DNA of 64,000 bases from Octopus sinensis (lineage: Eukaryota), in assembly GCF_006345805.1 (NCBI RefSeq), contig NC_043004.1:89342001-89406000 (forward strand), read 5' to 3'. This document shows positions 23,780-38,079 of the stretch, piece after piece. The notes under the pieces are model-generated. The model made no database searches. It was not told the origin of the DNA and worked only from the letters and a program-made list of their open reading frames with translations. The position numbers were made by a program, and so were the translations under genes. How positions within the stretch are numbered: position 1 is the first letter of the stretch; each line of letters starts with the position of its first letter.

Positions 23780-26100
23780 ATGCTTACAGTTTCCCACTTA
23801 CTATGTCTAACACTGAAATACTTGGACATCTGAAGTGATGTCATAACTGCTTGACAACAAAAAAATGAACACTTGGCCAGTTAGATAGATCTTATGAAAT
23901 ATGTGTTGTGGCCTGTTGTCAAGGACAACTAGTGATGTATTGGACATATGTCCCCATAGGTGGTGAATGTGTAGTTAGATGAATTTGCTACTGGAGTATG
24001 TGCAACCATTTGTCCTTGTGCTGCTGTTAAGTAGAGAAGTTGAACTGGTGTACCTCCAGTTCCGTCCTTATCTGTGAATATATGGCCACTGGAATCTGCT
24101 TGGGCTATTTTGTCCCAACATAAGTTGATAATAGAAATGTTCCACCATATAGTTAGTTGCTGAATGATAAATAATAGTATAGGTTTGATTGCAACCTAGC
24201 AATTGCATTAGTTCTGCAGAACTGTGATGGTAGATTGTATATTGTATCTTGAAATCTATTGCTGTACAGGGCCCTTCACAACTGTCTTGGTTGCTTTGGC
24301 TAGTAGAATAGTATTGGACTGTCTGATATAATCTGTCAATACAAGTGAAGGTGGAAGTGGTTCTACAAGATTAACATGTTTGTGCTGAAACTTTATGCCA
24401 AGTGCAGCAAAGATGCTTAATGGTGACTTGACAGCAACTTAGCTCTGATTTTTGGCATGCAACACAGTTCCTGCCCCACTTCCTTTTTCTTTTTTCTTTT
24501 TTTTTTTCTGGTCGATACTAGGCCAAATGAAACCTGCCGATATCAGCTCTAGTTTTGAATTGGTACCTGGATCTAACAGAGAATACAGTGCATTAAAAAT
24601 CATCTCACAATGGCGTTTTGGGGGCACAAAACAGTGTTCATGGCTGGTGGAGATAGTGGACCAAATGTATCTAGTTGGAGTAGGATCTAACTCTTAGAAT
24701 GTCAAAGGTGGTGAATTCCATAGTCAGGATAGCTTACCATTTCTCTTGATCAAATTTTATTGGTCCAAGTTGAGAAACCAGAAGTGTTTAGTATATAATG
24801 CTTGTTATTTTGTGAAAGTACATTGTTAATCTTTTTCACATGTCACTTATGTATTGGGAGGTTCGGTTGCTGAATTTTTCAGTGAATGGTAATCAGATCT
24901 GAACATCAGGATGTACATTAGGGGCTTGTAATCTCTGCAGGAGATAGAAACATGACCCTCTAACAAGTGATGGAAGTGCATCACACTGAGATAGGCAGCG
25001 GTTAATTCTATTTAATAAATGCCATATCTTGTTTCCTCTGGTTGCAAGCATAAGCTTAATAGAAAAGGAAGTAGCTGACAACCTTCTTCCACCAGCTGTT
25101 TTACAACCGCTCCAAACAGCAAATGCATCTGCAACGCATAGTGCAGTTTACTTGGAGATGTACCAGAAGAGTGGTCTCAGCCAATCTCTTAAAACAAGTG
25201 AGTTCACACACACTCACATTATGGGTGATTGGTTGATTCTTCCTTTTGTTGCTGAGCATGCATTGAATGTCTGTGTAACTTCAGTGCAGTTTATTGCAGT
25301 TTTGATTAACTAGTAATAGAAATTGAAGTGACCAAGTAATTTCGTCAGTTGGTACAATGGTCTAGGTATCATAAATAGCTTTCACATTCTCCTAAACAGA
25401 CATTGTCATTTTATCAATATGATTAACCTTTTTGTTGCCACATCTCTTTTGTAATACACTGCCCTTGTTTCATGAGAATTTATTGAAATAAATTTGTTGT
25501 TATCAAGCTGGTGTTTCAAATATAAATTATCATGAAGTTTTATGAGCAGTTTTTAGATCCATTAGAAACTGAGAATTTGTATTATAGACCTACAGGTGGA
25601 TGGGTATCAAAAGAATTTCAAGAGATATTAGTACCACCATGGTTGATGACTATGCCATATCTATCATTTGACCCTTTAATATTCAAACTGGCCAGATCTG
25701 ATCTCTCACACCCACCCTACAATGTCATTAATGTCATTTTTAGGATGACATTAATCCTAAATATGACATCGTTGAAATCTCAAAGCTACAAGATAATGCA
25801 TGATTAATTCAAAACAATATAAATAAATGTTACATTTGACAGAATAATCTGAATGCTAAAGGGTTACAGAGCAGGTAAATTTTCTTGTGTTTATCCTCAA
25901 AGGAGCTAGCAACTTGTGGATCATCCAGGTAGGCATAGAGGAAGGGTAATCTTCAGGTAGATAACATCCATCGACCTCTGAAATATCTGTGTTGCATTAC
26001 AAGAACCAAACAACATTCATACAAATTCAGAGTTCAGATGGTAAAATAATTACCATTTTGAGAATATTACCTAACTCTGGTTATAAGCATTGGCAAGTCT
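23780..26100 (-). mobile_element. Decayed Ty3/Gypsy LTR-retrotransposon pol (RT-RNase H-integrase), frameshifted; MITE inserted at 25672-25863
   Basis: Minus-strand translations: FGSCNATQIFQRSMD and YAYLDD (YLDD at 25920-25931); QLTKLLGHFNFYY; ELTAAYLSVMHFHHLLEGH..DYKPL; IFNALYSLLDPG..FIWPSI; FQHKHVNLVEPLPPS; LLGCNQTYTIIYHSATNYMVEHF. Domain order is Gypsy-type. Confidence 0.8.
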
Positions 26101-26168
26101 TCACTTCTACAACACCAGGCCAACTGATACCTTGTGAGTGAATTTGGTAGACAGAAAATGTTGGAAAT

Positions 26169-26396
26169 TAAGGCAGTGAGCTGGCAGAAACGTTAGCACG
26201 CCGGGTGAAATACTTAGAGGTATTTCACCTGTCTTAACTTTCTGAGTTCAAATGCTGCCAAGGTCAACCTTGCCTTTCATCCTTTCGGGGTCAATAAATT
26301 AAGTACCAGTTATGCACTGGGGTTGATGTAATCAACTTAATCCCTTTGTCCTTGTTTGTCCCCTCTGTTTAGCCCTTTGTGGGCAATAAAGAAATA
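26169..26396 (+). mobile_element. tRNA-derived SINE, family B, inserted in a family-A-type copy. Other copies near 30090-30257, 40955-41145, 46440-46690 and 51005-51160 on -; 37665-37810 and 53975-54140 on +.
   Basis: Head TAAGGCAGTGAGCTGGCAGAA, B-box GAGTTCAAAT, core GCCTTTCATCCTTTCGGGGTC; 16-bp TSD AGAAAATGTTGGAAAT at 26153-26168 and 26397-26412. Confidence 0.85.
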
Positions 26397-27105
26397 AGAA
26401 AATGTTGGAAATCTGTCGTATACATGGATGTGTGCATGCAAATGCACATATATTTCACCACGCATTAGTTGTTGACATTACAACCACTTATTTTGCGTTT
26501 TTTGAAGACTTGTGTAATAAAAAGTGTTTTACCTGAAACACAAGGAAAAGTTGGCAACAGGAAGAGCATCTGGCCATAAAACCCTGCCTTGAATAAACTT
26601 CTGTCCAACTCATGCACTACCATGAGAAAGTATGTTTTGAAAAAAGTCTATCGTATGTATTTGTGTGTATGTCCTTGTCTTGACATCCCATGATGGTTGT
26701 AAATGGGCATCATCATCGTAGAAGCAAGGTTATTCATTTCCAGTCTTCAGTGAAAAAGATGTCTGTGAGAAAATACGATCTTGCTCTGGTGAAGCTTAGC
26801 AAAGGGAAGGGCATCCAGCCATTGAAAATCAGCCTCAACAAATTCTATCTGACCCATGCAAGCTTGGAAAAATGGGCATTTAACAGTGGTAATGATGATA
26901 GGTGTATAGGTTTTTTTTAAAAACTCTTTCTATAGGCGTAGGAGTGGCTGTGTGGTAAGTAGCTTCCTTACCAACCACATGGTTCCGGGTTCAGTCCCAC
27001 TCTGTGGCACTTTAGCCAAGTGTCTTCTACTATAGGCTCAGGCCGACCAAAGCCTTACGAGTGGATTTGGTAGACAGAAACAGAAAGAAGCCCGTCGTAT
27101 ATATG

Positions 27106-27141
<36 letters not shown>

Positions 27142-27586
27142 TGTGTGTCTGTGTTTGTCCCCTCCAACATCGCTTGACAACCGATGTTGGTGTGTTTACG
27201 TCCCCATAACTTAGCGGTTCAGCAAAAGAGACTGATAGAATAAGTAAATACTAGGCTTACAAAGAATAAGTCCTGTGGTCGAGTTGCTTGACTAAAGGCA
27301 GTGCTCCAGCTTGGCCATAGTCAAATGACTGAAACAAGTAAAAGAGTATATGTGGGGTGGGGTGGGGTGGCTTATCTCTCTTTTTCTATCTATACTTACC
27401 TTTCCTGCTGTGATAAAAAGAGAGTAGTAAAGGATCTCTGAATACCTATGAGTATGTCTATCTCTTAATACTATACATATATATACAGACAGAGCTAGGG
27501 TTTTGCTATGTCTGAAGGTAACTGGTCGTTTGAAATGTTTATTATACAGAGACAACCAGGAAGCAAATGAGGGAGATGAGCTAACG

Positions 27587-27623
<37 letters not shown>

Positions 27624-28460
27624 GGTATGCAGTATATGTGTTACTTACAGAGAGAGGTGATGTGAGGAAAAGCTTGACAATTTGGTTACACACTTACACA
27701 CACAAACACACTTACACACACACACACACACACACATATATTGCACTTTGCTCCATTATGTAAAGGATGATTTCTCGTGGTTACTTAAAGCATTAGGCTA
27801 AATTGATTAAATCTCAATATCTGGTTTCTACCCACATACTTTACACTAAATACAGAGAAAACAAGCTTGGTGAATATATGTTACCCTTTTTTGTGTAAAT
27901 ACAGTCAATGCAACCACTCTTTTTTTTTTCTGTACCATGCAGTATGAAATGGTCTAGATATTTTCTTAACTGTCTCTGTTCTGGTTGGTTTACCATTTTT
28001 AATCACATTTGATTTTTTTTTTCATTTCTTTTCTTTTTTTTATTCATATGCCAGCTTTAAAGAAACTTAAGAGACTCGGTGTTTATTTTAGAACAGGGTT
28101 AAATTTTGAATTAAGTTAGATCACCTGCAGTAAACAGTGTAATTGGCAGGCATGAATAGTCAACACCTCTGAAGTATTAATGAATGAAAAGTGTTCAATA
28201 ATGAGAACATTTTAAGATATGCCAATTATTTCCATCCACACATATACACTCCTCACTATATAGCGAAAGGTAGACATTATTCTGCCTTTATGTCAGGCGC
28301 AGGAGTGGCTGTGTGGTAAGTAGCTTGCTAACCAACCACATGGTTCCGGGTTCAGTCCCACTACGTGGCATCTTGGGCAAGTGTCTTCTGCTATAGCCCC
28401 GGGCCGACCAATGCCTTGTGAGTGGATTTGGTAGACGGAAACTGAAAGAAGCCTGTCGTA

Positions 28461-28510
<50 letters not shown>

Positions 28511-30330
28511 GGTGTGTCTGTGTTTGTCCCCCTAGCATTGCTTGACAACCGATGCTGGTGTATTTACGTCCCCGTCACTTAACGGTTCGGCAAAAGAGAC
28601 CGATAGAATAAGTACTGGGCTTACAAAGAATAAGTCCCGGGGTCGATTTGCTCGACTAAAGGCGGTGCTCCAGCATGGCCGCAGTCAAATGATTGAAACA
28701 AGTAAAAGAGTACCAAATACATTTTGTAGCTAAATTCAAGTGTATGGTTTACACATTATTATGAATTAGTGAGACACGCTTGGGAGAGGTGAGCTGCAGA
28801 AGGTCTTCAGAGAAGAATCCCCACTTCATACAATTGTTCCAGCCTTTAACTTCATGCACTCTAAGGGTGCTGAACCACATCCAGCTCATGACTACTGGAT
28901 ACTCCTCTGCTGCCATATTCTGTACTTCTTTCATCATCATCATCATTTAACGTTTGTCTTCCATGCTGACATGGTTGGATGGTTTGGCAGGAGCTGGTAA
29001 GCAAGAGGACTGCACAAACTGTCTGTTTTGACATGGTTTTTACAGCTGGATACCCTTCCTAACACCAGCCACTTTACAGAGTGGATTGGGTAGTCTTTAT
29101 GTACCCTCCTGGAGAGTTAAAGTGCCTCAGATCCAAGGTACATGGAGTGTTGTAACCAGTTCAGTTGACTGCTGGATAAATTATGCCTTTTGAATTTCAC
29201 ATCCATTCCTCCTTCACCAGATCCAGTTGAAACTCTCCTCATCTACTTCTGCTATTGTTTTAAGAATTCTGATTCTCTTTCTCCCAGAAGTTGAGAGCTA
29301 TATGCATATATATACATATGCATGCATGCATACATACGTATGGGTATTATTAAAAATAAGTGTCATGTGAATATCAAAGAGCACTGAATGGTGCTCATCT
29401 AGACAGAAACCTAGATATATCTGTAGTACTTGATATACAGATCACAGCTGTTTGACCTACAATCTTATGTACTGTAGATCTGCTCAAAAATTCATTTGTG
29501 CCTGAGAGAGAGAGAAAAATAATTCACTGAGGGCTAAATTGTTATGGTTACTAAAACTGTGCTGTGTTCATCACGAAGATACTTAAATACTCAAATTGCC
29601 TAGCTATAAGTAGGTACTACAGAGTACAGCTCATTGTTCCTTAAAATTATAGAAATTGTATAAAACTGGGTTCGGATCCTCTTGTAGGTATGGCTTGAAT
29701 GGCAGAAATTGTTATCTTTTACTTATATCACTCATTGGACTGCAGCCACGATAGGGCACAATCTTGAAGGGTTTAGTCAAACAACTCAGCCTTGGTGCTT
29801 ATTTTTAAGTCTGGTAGTTATTCTATTGATCTCTTTGCCAGACTGCTAAGTTATGGGGGTGCAAACACACAATACAAGTTGTCAGTTGGTTGTGGTGGCG
29901 GTGAGGAACCCTGCTGTACTCTTTCACCACAACTTTCTCTCACTCTTTCTTGCTGCTTTTGCTGTACCTGTATTTCAAAACGCCAACCTTGTCACGCTGA
30001 ATCTCCCCGAGAACTACATTAAGGGTACATGTGTCTGCAGAGTGCTCAGCCACTTACACATTAATTTCATGAGCAGACTATTCCATTGATCAACTGTCAA
30101 TCCCTATGCTCACGTGGTACATATTTTATCAACCCTGAACGGATAAAAGACAAAAGTCAACTTTGGCAGAATTTGAACTCTGAATGTAAGGATGAATGAA
30201 ATCCCGCTAAGCATTTTGCCTGGCATGCTAATGGTTCTGCCAGCTCACCACCTTAACCTTACAACCAAAATATTAGTTTCAAATTTTGGCACAAGGTCTG
30301 CAAGTTTGGGGGAGAGAGCAAGTCAGTTAT

Positions 30331-31136
30331 ATCGACCGCAGTGCTCAACCGGTATTTATTTTATCAACCCCAGTGCTCAACCAGTATTTATTTTATCGAC
30401 CCCAGTGCTCAACTGGTATTTATTTTATCGACCCCAGTGCTCAACCGGTATTTATTTTATCGATCCCAGTGCTCAACCGGTATTTAGTTTATCGACCCCA
30501 GTGCTCAACTGGTATTTATTTTATCGACCCCAGTGCTCAACCAGTATTTATTTTATCGACCCCAGTGCTCAACTGGTATTTATTTTATCGACCCCAGTGC
30601 TCAACCGGTATTTATTTTATCGACCCCAGTGCTCAACCGGTATTTATTTTATCGACCCCAGTGCTCAACCAGTATTTATTTTATCGACCCCAGTGCTCAA
30701 CTAGTATTATTTTATCGACCCCAGTGCTCAACTGGTATTTATTTTATCGACCCCAGTGCTCAACCGGTATTTATTTTATCGATCCCAGTGCTCAACCGGT
30801 ATTTAGTTTATCGACCCCAGTGCTCAACTGGTATTTATTTTATCGACCCCAGTGCTCAACCAGTATTTATTTTATCGACCCCAGTGCTCAACTGGTATTT
30901 ATTTTATCGACCCCAGTGCTCAACCGGTATTTATTTTATCGACCCCAGTGCTCAACCGGTATTTATTTTATCGACCCCAGTGCTCAACCAGTATTTATTT
31001 TATCGACCCCAGTGCTCAACTAGTATTTATTTTATCGACCCCAGTGCTCAACTAGTATTTATTTTATCGACCCCAGTGCTCAACTAGTATTTATTTTATC
31101 GACCCCAGTGCTCAACTAGTATTTATTTTATCAACC
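30331..31136. repeat. 32-bp minisatellite, 25 units plus a partial, inside a family-B SINE (about 30260-31253, -)
   Basis: Unit ATCGACCCCAGTGCTCAACYRGTATTTATTTT; one 31-bp unit at 30683; no spacers. Confidence 0.95.
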
Positions 31137-32919
31137 ACAAACATATAAAAGGCAAAGTTGACTGGAATTTGAACTCAGAATGTAAAAACAAATGAAATGC
31201 TGCTAAACATTTTTGCCCAGCATGCTAATGATTTTGCCAGCTCACCACCTTAACCTTAGAGCCGAAATATTAAAGAAAGAAAGAAAGAAAGAAAGGCTAA
31301 ACTTGAATTACTCTACTTGTCCTTTGAAACTTAGTGATAAAAGTATCTTAAAATTCGACAACAAACTACTAGACCTATTCAGTAAGAAGATGAAAATAAG
31401 TGATATAAATACAAAATGTACTTAATAGGAATCTCGAAATAGTTCTACAGGAACTAAAAAGTAATGGAAATATTGTAGTTTGTAAAAACGTGAAGAGCAA
31501 CCTGCTCATTATTATGAATATATTACAAAAATAAATAATAGGTGCAGACATGGATATGTGGTTTTGGGTTTAGTCTCACTGCACATCACCTTCAGCATGT
31601 GTCTTCTAGTTCCAGGCAGATCAATGCCTTGTGAGTGAATATAGTAGATGGAAACTGTGTTGAAAGCTCATCATATATATTTGTGTGTGTCAGGAAGGGC
31701 ATCCAATCATTGAAACCCTACCAGAACAGACAACGGAACTTGATGCAGCCCCCAACTTTATCAGCTCTTATCAAACCATCCAACCCATGCCAGCATAGAA
31801 AATAGACGTTACATGATGATGTGCACCCATATACATACATATATAATATTATGGGTATTATATTATATAATATAATATATAGGCACAGGAGTGGCTGTGT
31901 GGGAAGTAGCTTGCTTACCAACCACATTTTTCCGGGTTCAGTCTCACTGCATGGCACTTTGGGCAAGTGTCTTCTACTATAGCCTCGGGCTGACCAAAGA
32001 CTTGTGAGTGGATTTGGTAGACGGAAACTGAAAGAAGCCAAGAAGCCCGTCGTGTATATGTATATATATGTGTATCTGTGTTTGTGCCCCCCAACATCGC
32101 TTGACAACCGATGCTGGTGTGTTTACGTCCCCGTATCTTAGCGGTTCGGCTAAAGGGACTGATAGAATAAGTACTAGGCTTACAAAGAATAAGTCCTGGA
32201 GGTCGATTTGCTCGGCTAAAGGTGGTGCTCCAGCATGGCCACAGTCAAATGACTGAAACAAATAAGAGTAAAAAGAGAGAATATAATAGATGTCTTATGT
32301 ATTTGCTTGTCCCACCACCACTATATGACAACCAGTGTTGGTTTGTTTATGTCCCCATAACTTAGCAATACTACAAATGAGGACAATAAAATCAATACCA
32401 GGCTTTAATAAGAACTCAATTTAAAATTAAGCTGAATAAATGAATTACCAGGGTTAACATTCAACTAGGATTTGTCCCTTTCCAGAACTAAGGAGAGTTT
32501 AGCCATGTATGCATCTGTAGTACCCAAGAAGCAGGTCACATGAAACCTGGCTCCTCATCAGGTAGACCACAGTTTGCACCTGCTTGGTGACCTCTAACTC
32601 GTAATCTCCCAAATCACTATAGTCATGCAAGGAATCACCAAAAGACTAAGTAACATCATAAAGTACCTACCTATCATTCATATCATATCATCGTTCCTAG
32701 AACTTTTACAGGTAATAAATAAACTCAGTTGAATTTCTGCCACAGATGTTAAAAGTGTTCTCTTATTTCTTTATTGCCCACAAGGGGACAAACAAGGACA
32801 GACAAAGGGATTAAATCAATTACGTCGACCCCAGTGCATAACTGGTACTTAATTTATCGACCCTGAAAGAAACCTTGTCGTTAACATGAAACCACAAACC
32901 ACAGAATTTACTTCAAACA

Positions 32920-33265
32920 GTCCACACACACCCCGACTGGCTCCTGTGCCAGTGACACGTAAAAAGCACCATCCGAACATGGTCAATATCAATGCTGCCT
33001 GACTGGCTCCCATGCCGGTGGAACGTAAAAAGTACTATCCAAATGTAGTCAATGTCAGTGCTGCCTGACTGGCTCCCGTGCCAATGGAACGTAAAAGGCA
33101 CCCATTACACTCTAGGTGTGGTTGGCATTAGGAAGGGCATCCAGCTATAGAAACCTTGCCAGATTAGATTGAAGCCTGGTGCAGCCTACTGGCTTGCCAG
33201 TCCCCAGTCAAACCGTCCAACCCATGCCAGCATGGAAAACAGACGTTAAACGATGATGATGATGA
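32920..33265 (+). mobile_element. RTE LINE 3' UTR copy
   Basis: GGAAGGGCATCCAGCT...CCATGCCAGCATGGAAAAC...(GAT)n. Confidence 0.75.
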
Positions 33266-33859
33266 ACCAATGTGGTATTCCTTGTCTATACGAGGGAATA
33301 GTCTCTTTATTAGTTATTTTACTACATGTGATATAACTGGTTCATTAAGTTTCGACAAGAGTACACGTAGCTGGACTGATTTTGAGATTATATTCATGCC
33401 TGCTAGTTAACACTTTTGATATCAACCTGCCTAAAAGATTATGTACTGCATACTTTTTCTTGAATTCTGTTGATTATCAATCTACCCACTTGGTGTTTGA
33501 CTTGACACCAGACAACATCAGCCTCAGCTTTTGAGTGCAGGTTGAGTCATTTTAGGGCTGGATGTTAATTGTGGATTAAAGTGTTGACAGGAGCTGATAC
33601 TTATCTCGTTTCACTGGGCAAATCAGTTAAATAAACTAACTTTGAAAGACGAGACTATCCCACCCCAACATGTCACACTAATACTCTGTGCCATATTTCT
33701 ATAGTCATAGAATATGTGAACAATAGCTTTATCAATGGGTTCACTGCATTTTTAACAGTTTCAAGGAGGAGCCACCAAGGGTTTTTTAATTCTTTTTTCT
33801 GTTTCTTACCAATATTTACATACTTCACAAACTTGTATCAACAAAGCTAAACACACAAA

Positions 33860-33897
<38 letters not shown>

Positions 33898-34557
33898 AAC
33901 ACACATACATAAAGAGTTTTTCGCCTTCATTGATTAATGACAGGAAACTGACAAGCCAGATAACTGAGCTGAATTTCAATGTCTGCTTTGGTGTGTTGTG
34001 TTCTTGAGCAAGACACTTTATTTCACGTTGCTCCAGTTAACCTCAGCTGTAGAAATGAATTGCGACGTCATTGATGCTAAGCTGTATCGGCCTTTGCCTT
34101 TCCTTTGGATAACATCAATGGTGTGGAGAGGGGAGGCTGGTATGCATGGGCGACTGCTAGCCTTCCACAAACAATATATATATATCTCATGATTGTTTAA
34201 TGTTCATTTTTCCATATTTGCGTGAATCAGTGTTTATTGAGGCAGATTTTCCTACAGCTTGATGACTTTGTTTTCTCCTCTTTTCAAGCAAGATAATATT
34301 ACCCCATGGTCAGATATGTTTTTGATGAATATTAGAAACAAATGACACTGCTTGTATTGTCGTGGCATTAGGAAGAAACCATGCCAAAGTAGACATTGAA
34401 ATTCAGCACAGTTATTTGGCTTGTCAGTTTCCTGTCATTAATCAACGAGGATGAAAAACTCCTGTGTTTGTGTGAGTGTGTATATACATGCACACATGAA
34501 ATTGAGGTTATTATTTTGAAGCAAGTCCTGGCCAGCATGAAGTTTACTACATATGTA

Positions 34558-35429
34558 CGAGACCTAAACAATAAGTATCCAGACTGTTGCCATAGTAATG
34601 ATACTAAAGCACACAGAGTGAAGCCACCTGGCACAGATTGACCTTGAACTCTGCTGTACATGCACACTAAGTTCTAGCTCACTTCTACTATTTACGGCAG
34701 CGCTTGGAAGGAAGGTGTGTAGCATGTGATCATTGCATTGACCATGACAGAGAAAGTTGAGAAGAGAATCTGCATCAAATTTTGCCAAAAGCTTTGCGAT
34801 ACCTGCTCAGAGGCCTATGCAAAGTTTTCAAAAAGTTTTTATCATTCTCGACATAATCATGGAGATCTTGTGTAACTGAAACCCAAGCATCCTTTTGGTC
34901 AGCTGAAAGCTGTTTTGGCACAAACTTGACAGACACGCGTCTCATAGCCAAACCTTCAGTGATAATGGACTGAACTGAACCATAACTAATCTGCACATCC
35001 TCTGATAACTCGTGGATGGTGATTCAACAATTTCCCCTCACAGCTGCATGCACATCTGCTATGTTTTTCTTAGTTCTGCTGGTTGCAGGTCTCCCAGAAG
35101 TTTTGTCACTATCAACATTTTTCGGCCATCTTGGAAATGTCTGAACCGCTTGTCCAGTTGTGTGTGGCTCATACACTTGCTGCAACTTTGTGTAGGCCTC
35201 GGAGCAGGTATTGCCATGACAACTTTCTCTGTCAATCTCAATGCAACAATCACACGCTACACACCTTCCTTCCAAGCACTACTGTAAACAGTGGAAGTGA
35301 GCTAGAACATTAAAACTTAGTGCACATGCACAGCAGAGTTTAAGGTCGATATGAGCTGAGTGGCTTCACTCTGCATGCTTTAGCTTTGTTATTATGGCAA
35401 CAGTCCGGATACTTATTGATCAAATCTCA
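34558..35429. mobile_element. Mariner-derived non-autonomous element made of two inward-facing 5' ends, with a partial transposase N-terminus
   Basis: TA flanks; TIRs CGAGACCTAAACAATAAGTATCCAGACTG and CAGTCCGGATACTTATTGATCAAATCTCA; peptides KRICIKFCQKL, SGRPATSRT, ISYGSVQSIITEGLAMRRVSVKFVPKQLSADQK. Confidence 0.85.
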
Positions 35430-38079
35430 TATAAAATGTAAGAATAAACTTAGTCTTATATCATCATCATTTTAACATCCACTTTTTCATGCTTGCATGG
35501 GTCAGATAGAATTCATTAATGCCTTTCTTGTTGCCAACCCTCAACTAGTTAGTTAGTTAAGTTAGTTAATTTTTTGGCTCAAAAAGCAAAAAGCAAGGCC
35601 ATGTAGGGGGACATGGAGTTATGTACAGGGTGGTGTTCATGTAAAGAGTTCAGGCCACTTGAGGTCGAGGGAGACTTTGAACCGAGCGGTCATCGGCATC
35701 TTCACCATCTCATCTGGCAGCTTATTCACCTGTCTCAAAGTTGTATTTCTCCATGCCTGGACATTTGTTTCTGCTAAAGATTAGAAATGAACAACACCAC
35801 TTGTATGATGGTGACACTCACTTACAATTATCATGCCAAGGCAATGAGACACACACACACTGTTAAAATATACAATGTGGTCTTGAAGCAGCTGTTTTCA
35901 CACATTGTTCGCAATGGATTTTGTGCAAAAAGAACATTATTAATAAGCATTACTTTCAAACTTTTGTTTCATATTTCTAAAAGTAAACAGACAGTGGTTA
36001 TTCAAAAGAATAACCAGGCGCGGTTTACCAACTGATGATCAGAGACAAGTAGCTCCAAGCACTGGAGATTGGAGTCCTGCAATTTACTGCTTCCTGTGGA
36101 TCAACAGAGATTTACACACATACACTCTTTTACTTGTTTCAGTCATTCGACTGTGGTCATGCTGGAGCACCGCCTTTAGTCAAGCAAACCGACCCCAGGA
36201 CTTATTCTTTGTAAGCCTAGTACTTATTCTATCGGTCTCTTTTGCCGAACCACTAGATTACGGGGACATAAAAAACACACCAGCATCGGTTGTCAATCAA
36301 TGTTGGGGGGACAAACACAGACACACAAACATACATATATATACATATATATACTACGGGCTTCTTTCAGTTTCTGTCTGCCAAATCTACTCACAAGCTT
36401 TGGTCAGCCCGAGGCTATAGTAGAAAACACTTAACCAAGGTGCCACGCAGTGGAACTGAACCCGGAACCATGTGGTCGGTAAGCAAGCTACTTACCACAC
36501 AGCCACTCCACGCACACATATATACAAGGGCTTTTAGTTTCTGACTACCAAATCCACTCAAAGCCTGTGGCTATAGTAAAAGACAATTGCTTAAATTGCC
36601 ACACAATGAGATTGAACCCAAAACCATCTGATTGAGAAACAAACTTCTTAACCACACAGCCATGCTTGCACCTGTATATACATAAATTATATTTTTTTAT
36701 AAATCTTTGAACATGATCTACTTTTATCATTCGGTACATATTTATGTCTATATTTTTTTTTCTCTCTGCTTTCTGAAGTTAATAAATTCCTATTGCACAC
36801 CCACTGCTTTTTCTTTTTGTTGGTTTTATGTAATTTTTATTATTATCAGAGATCTGGGTGGCTTTTTATAGAGCTAATTTGTCTTTAAAATGGGAACAGG
36901 AGCCTATCTTTCGCTTAAGTAGGTTGAAGCAGGTGAACAATGTTATTCATTTGTTGGTACAATACAAACAAAGCCTGTTTGAACTTGCCACCTTTGGGCT
37001 TGTGATTCAACATCTTAAATCAGGCTGTAGTACCTCAGCAGTGAGAGAAAAATAATTTATTTTATCTAAAGACAAAAGCTGGTTGCATGGACTGCTGTTA
37101 AGTTAGATGTAATAGAAAACTTCTGAAAGTAGAGCTGTAAAATATTGGATAGCATCAGATGTATGAAGTGGATTTAATTTTACAGAACTATTAATATTGC
37201 ATTATTAAGGCAGCAGGCTGGTGGAACCATTAGTACATTAGACACAATGCCTAGAAGCATTACTTCTGTTTTTTTGTGTTTTGAATTCAAATACTTGCCA
37301 AGGTCAACTTTGCCTTTCATCCTTTTGGGATCAATAAAACAAGTTCCATTTGAAAACTGGGGTTTAGTGTAATTGATCACCCCCTCATGCAAAAGTTCAG
37401 GCTTTATGCCTATAACAGAAGGGTTACTATAATTATTGTTAAGGCAGTAAGCTGGTAGAATCGTTAGCATGGCACAGACAAAATGCTTAGTGGCATTTCA
37501 TCTATCTTTACTTTCATCATCATCGTTTAATGTCCGCTTTCCATGCTAGCATGGGTTGGACAATTTGACTGAAGTCTGGCGAACCAGATGGCTACACCAG
37601 GCTCCAATCTGGTCTGGCTGAGTTTCTACAGCTGGATGTCCTTCCTAACGCCAACCACTCCGAGAATCTGAGCTAAAATTCCACCAAGGTCAATTTTTGC
37701 CTTTCATTCTTCTGGAATCAATAAAATAAGTACCAGTTGAACACTGGGGTTGATAATATGGACTTACCCCTCCCCAAACTTGCTGGCTTTGTGCCAAAAT
37801 TTGAAAACATTATTATTATTATTATTATTATTAAGGTGGCAAGCTGGGAGAATGATTAGCATTATCGTCGTCATCATTTAATGTCTGCTTTCCATGCTGG
37901 CATGGGTTGGATGGTTTGACATGGAGCTGGTTAGCAGGAAGCAGTCCTGTCTGTTGTTGCATGATTTCTACTTCCTAAAGCCAATCACTTAGAGTGTGCT
38001 GGGTGCTTTTTACATACCACTGGCACAGGTACATTAAAACAGCACCAGCACAGGTGCTTTTTAAGTGGCACCAGCACCT

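Noticed and set aside
30331-31136. CRISPR-like array, or repeat protein from ORFs 30192-31087
   Set aside because: Head-to-tail units with no unique spacers, no cas genes, eukaryotic intron. The ORFs are by-products of a 32-bp unit that is mostly stop-free and cycles through frames.
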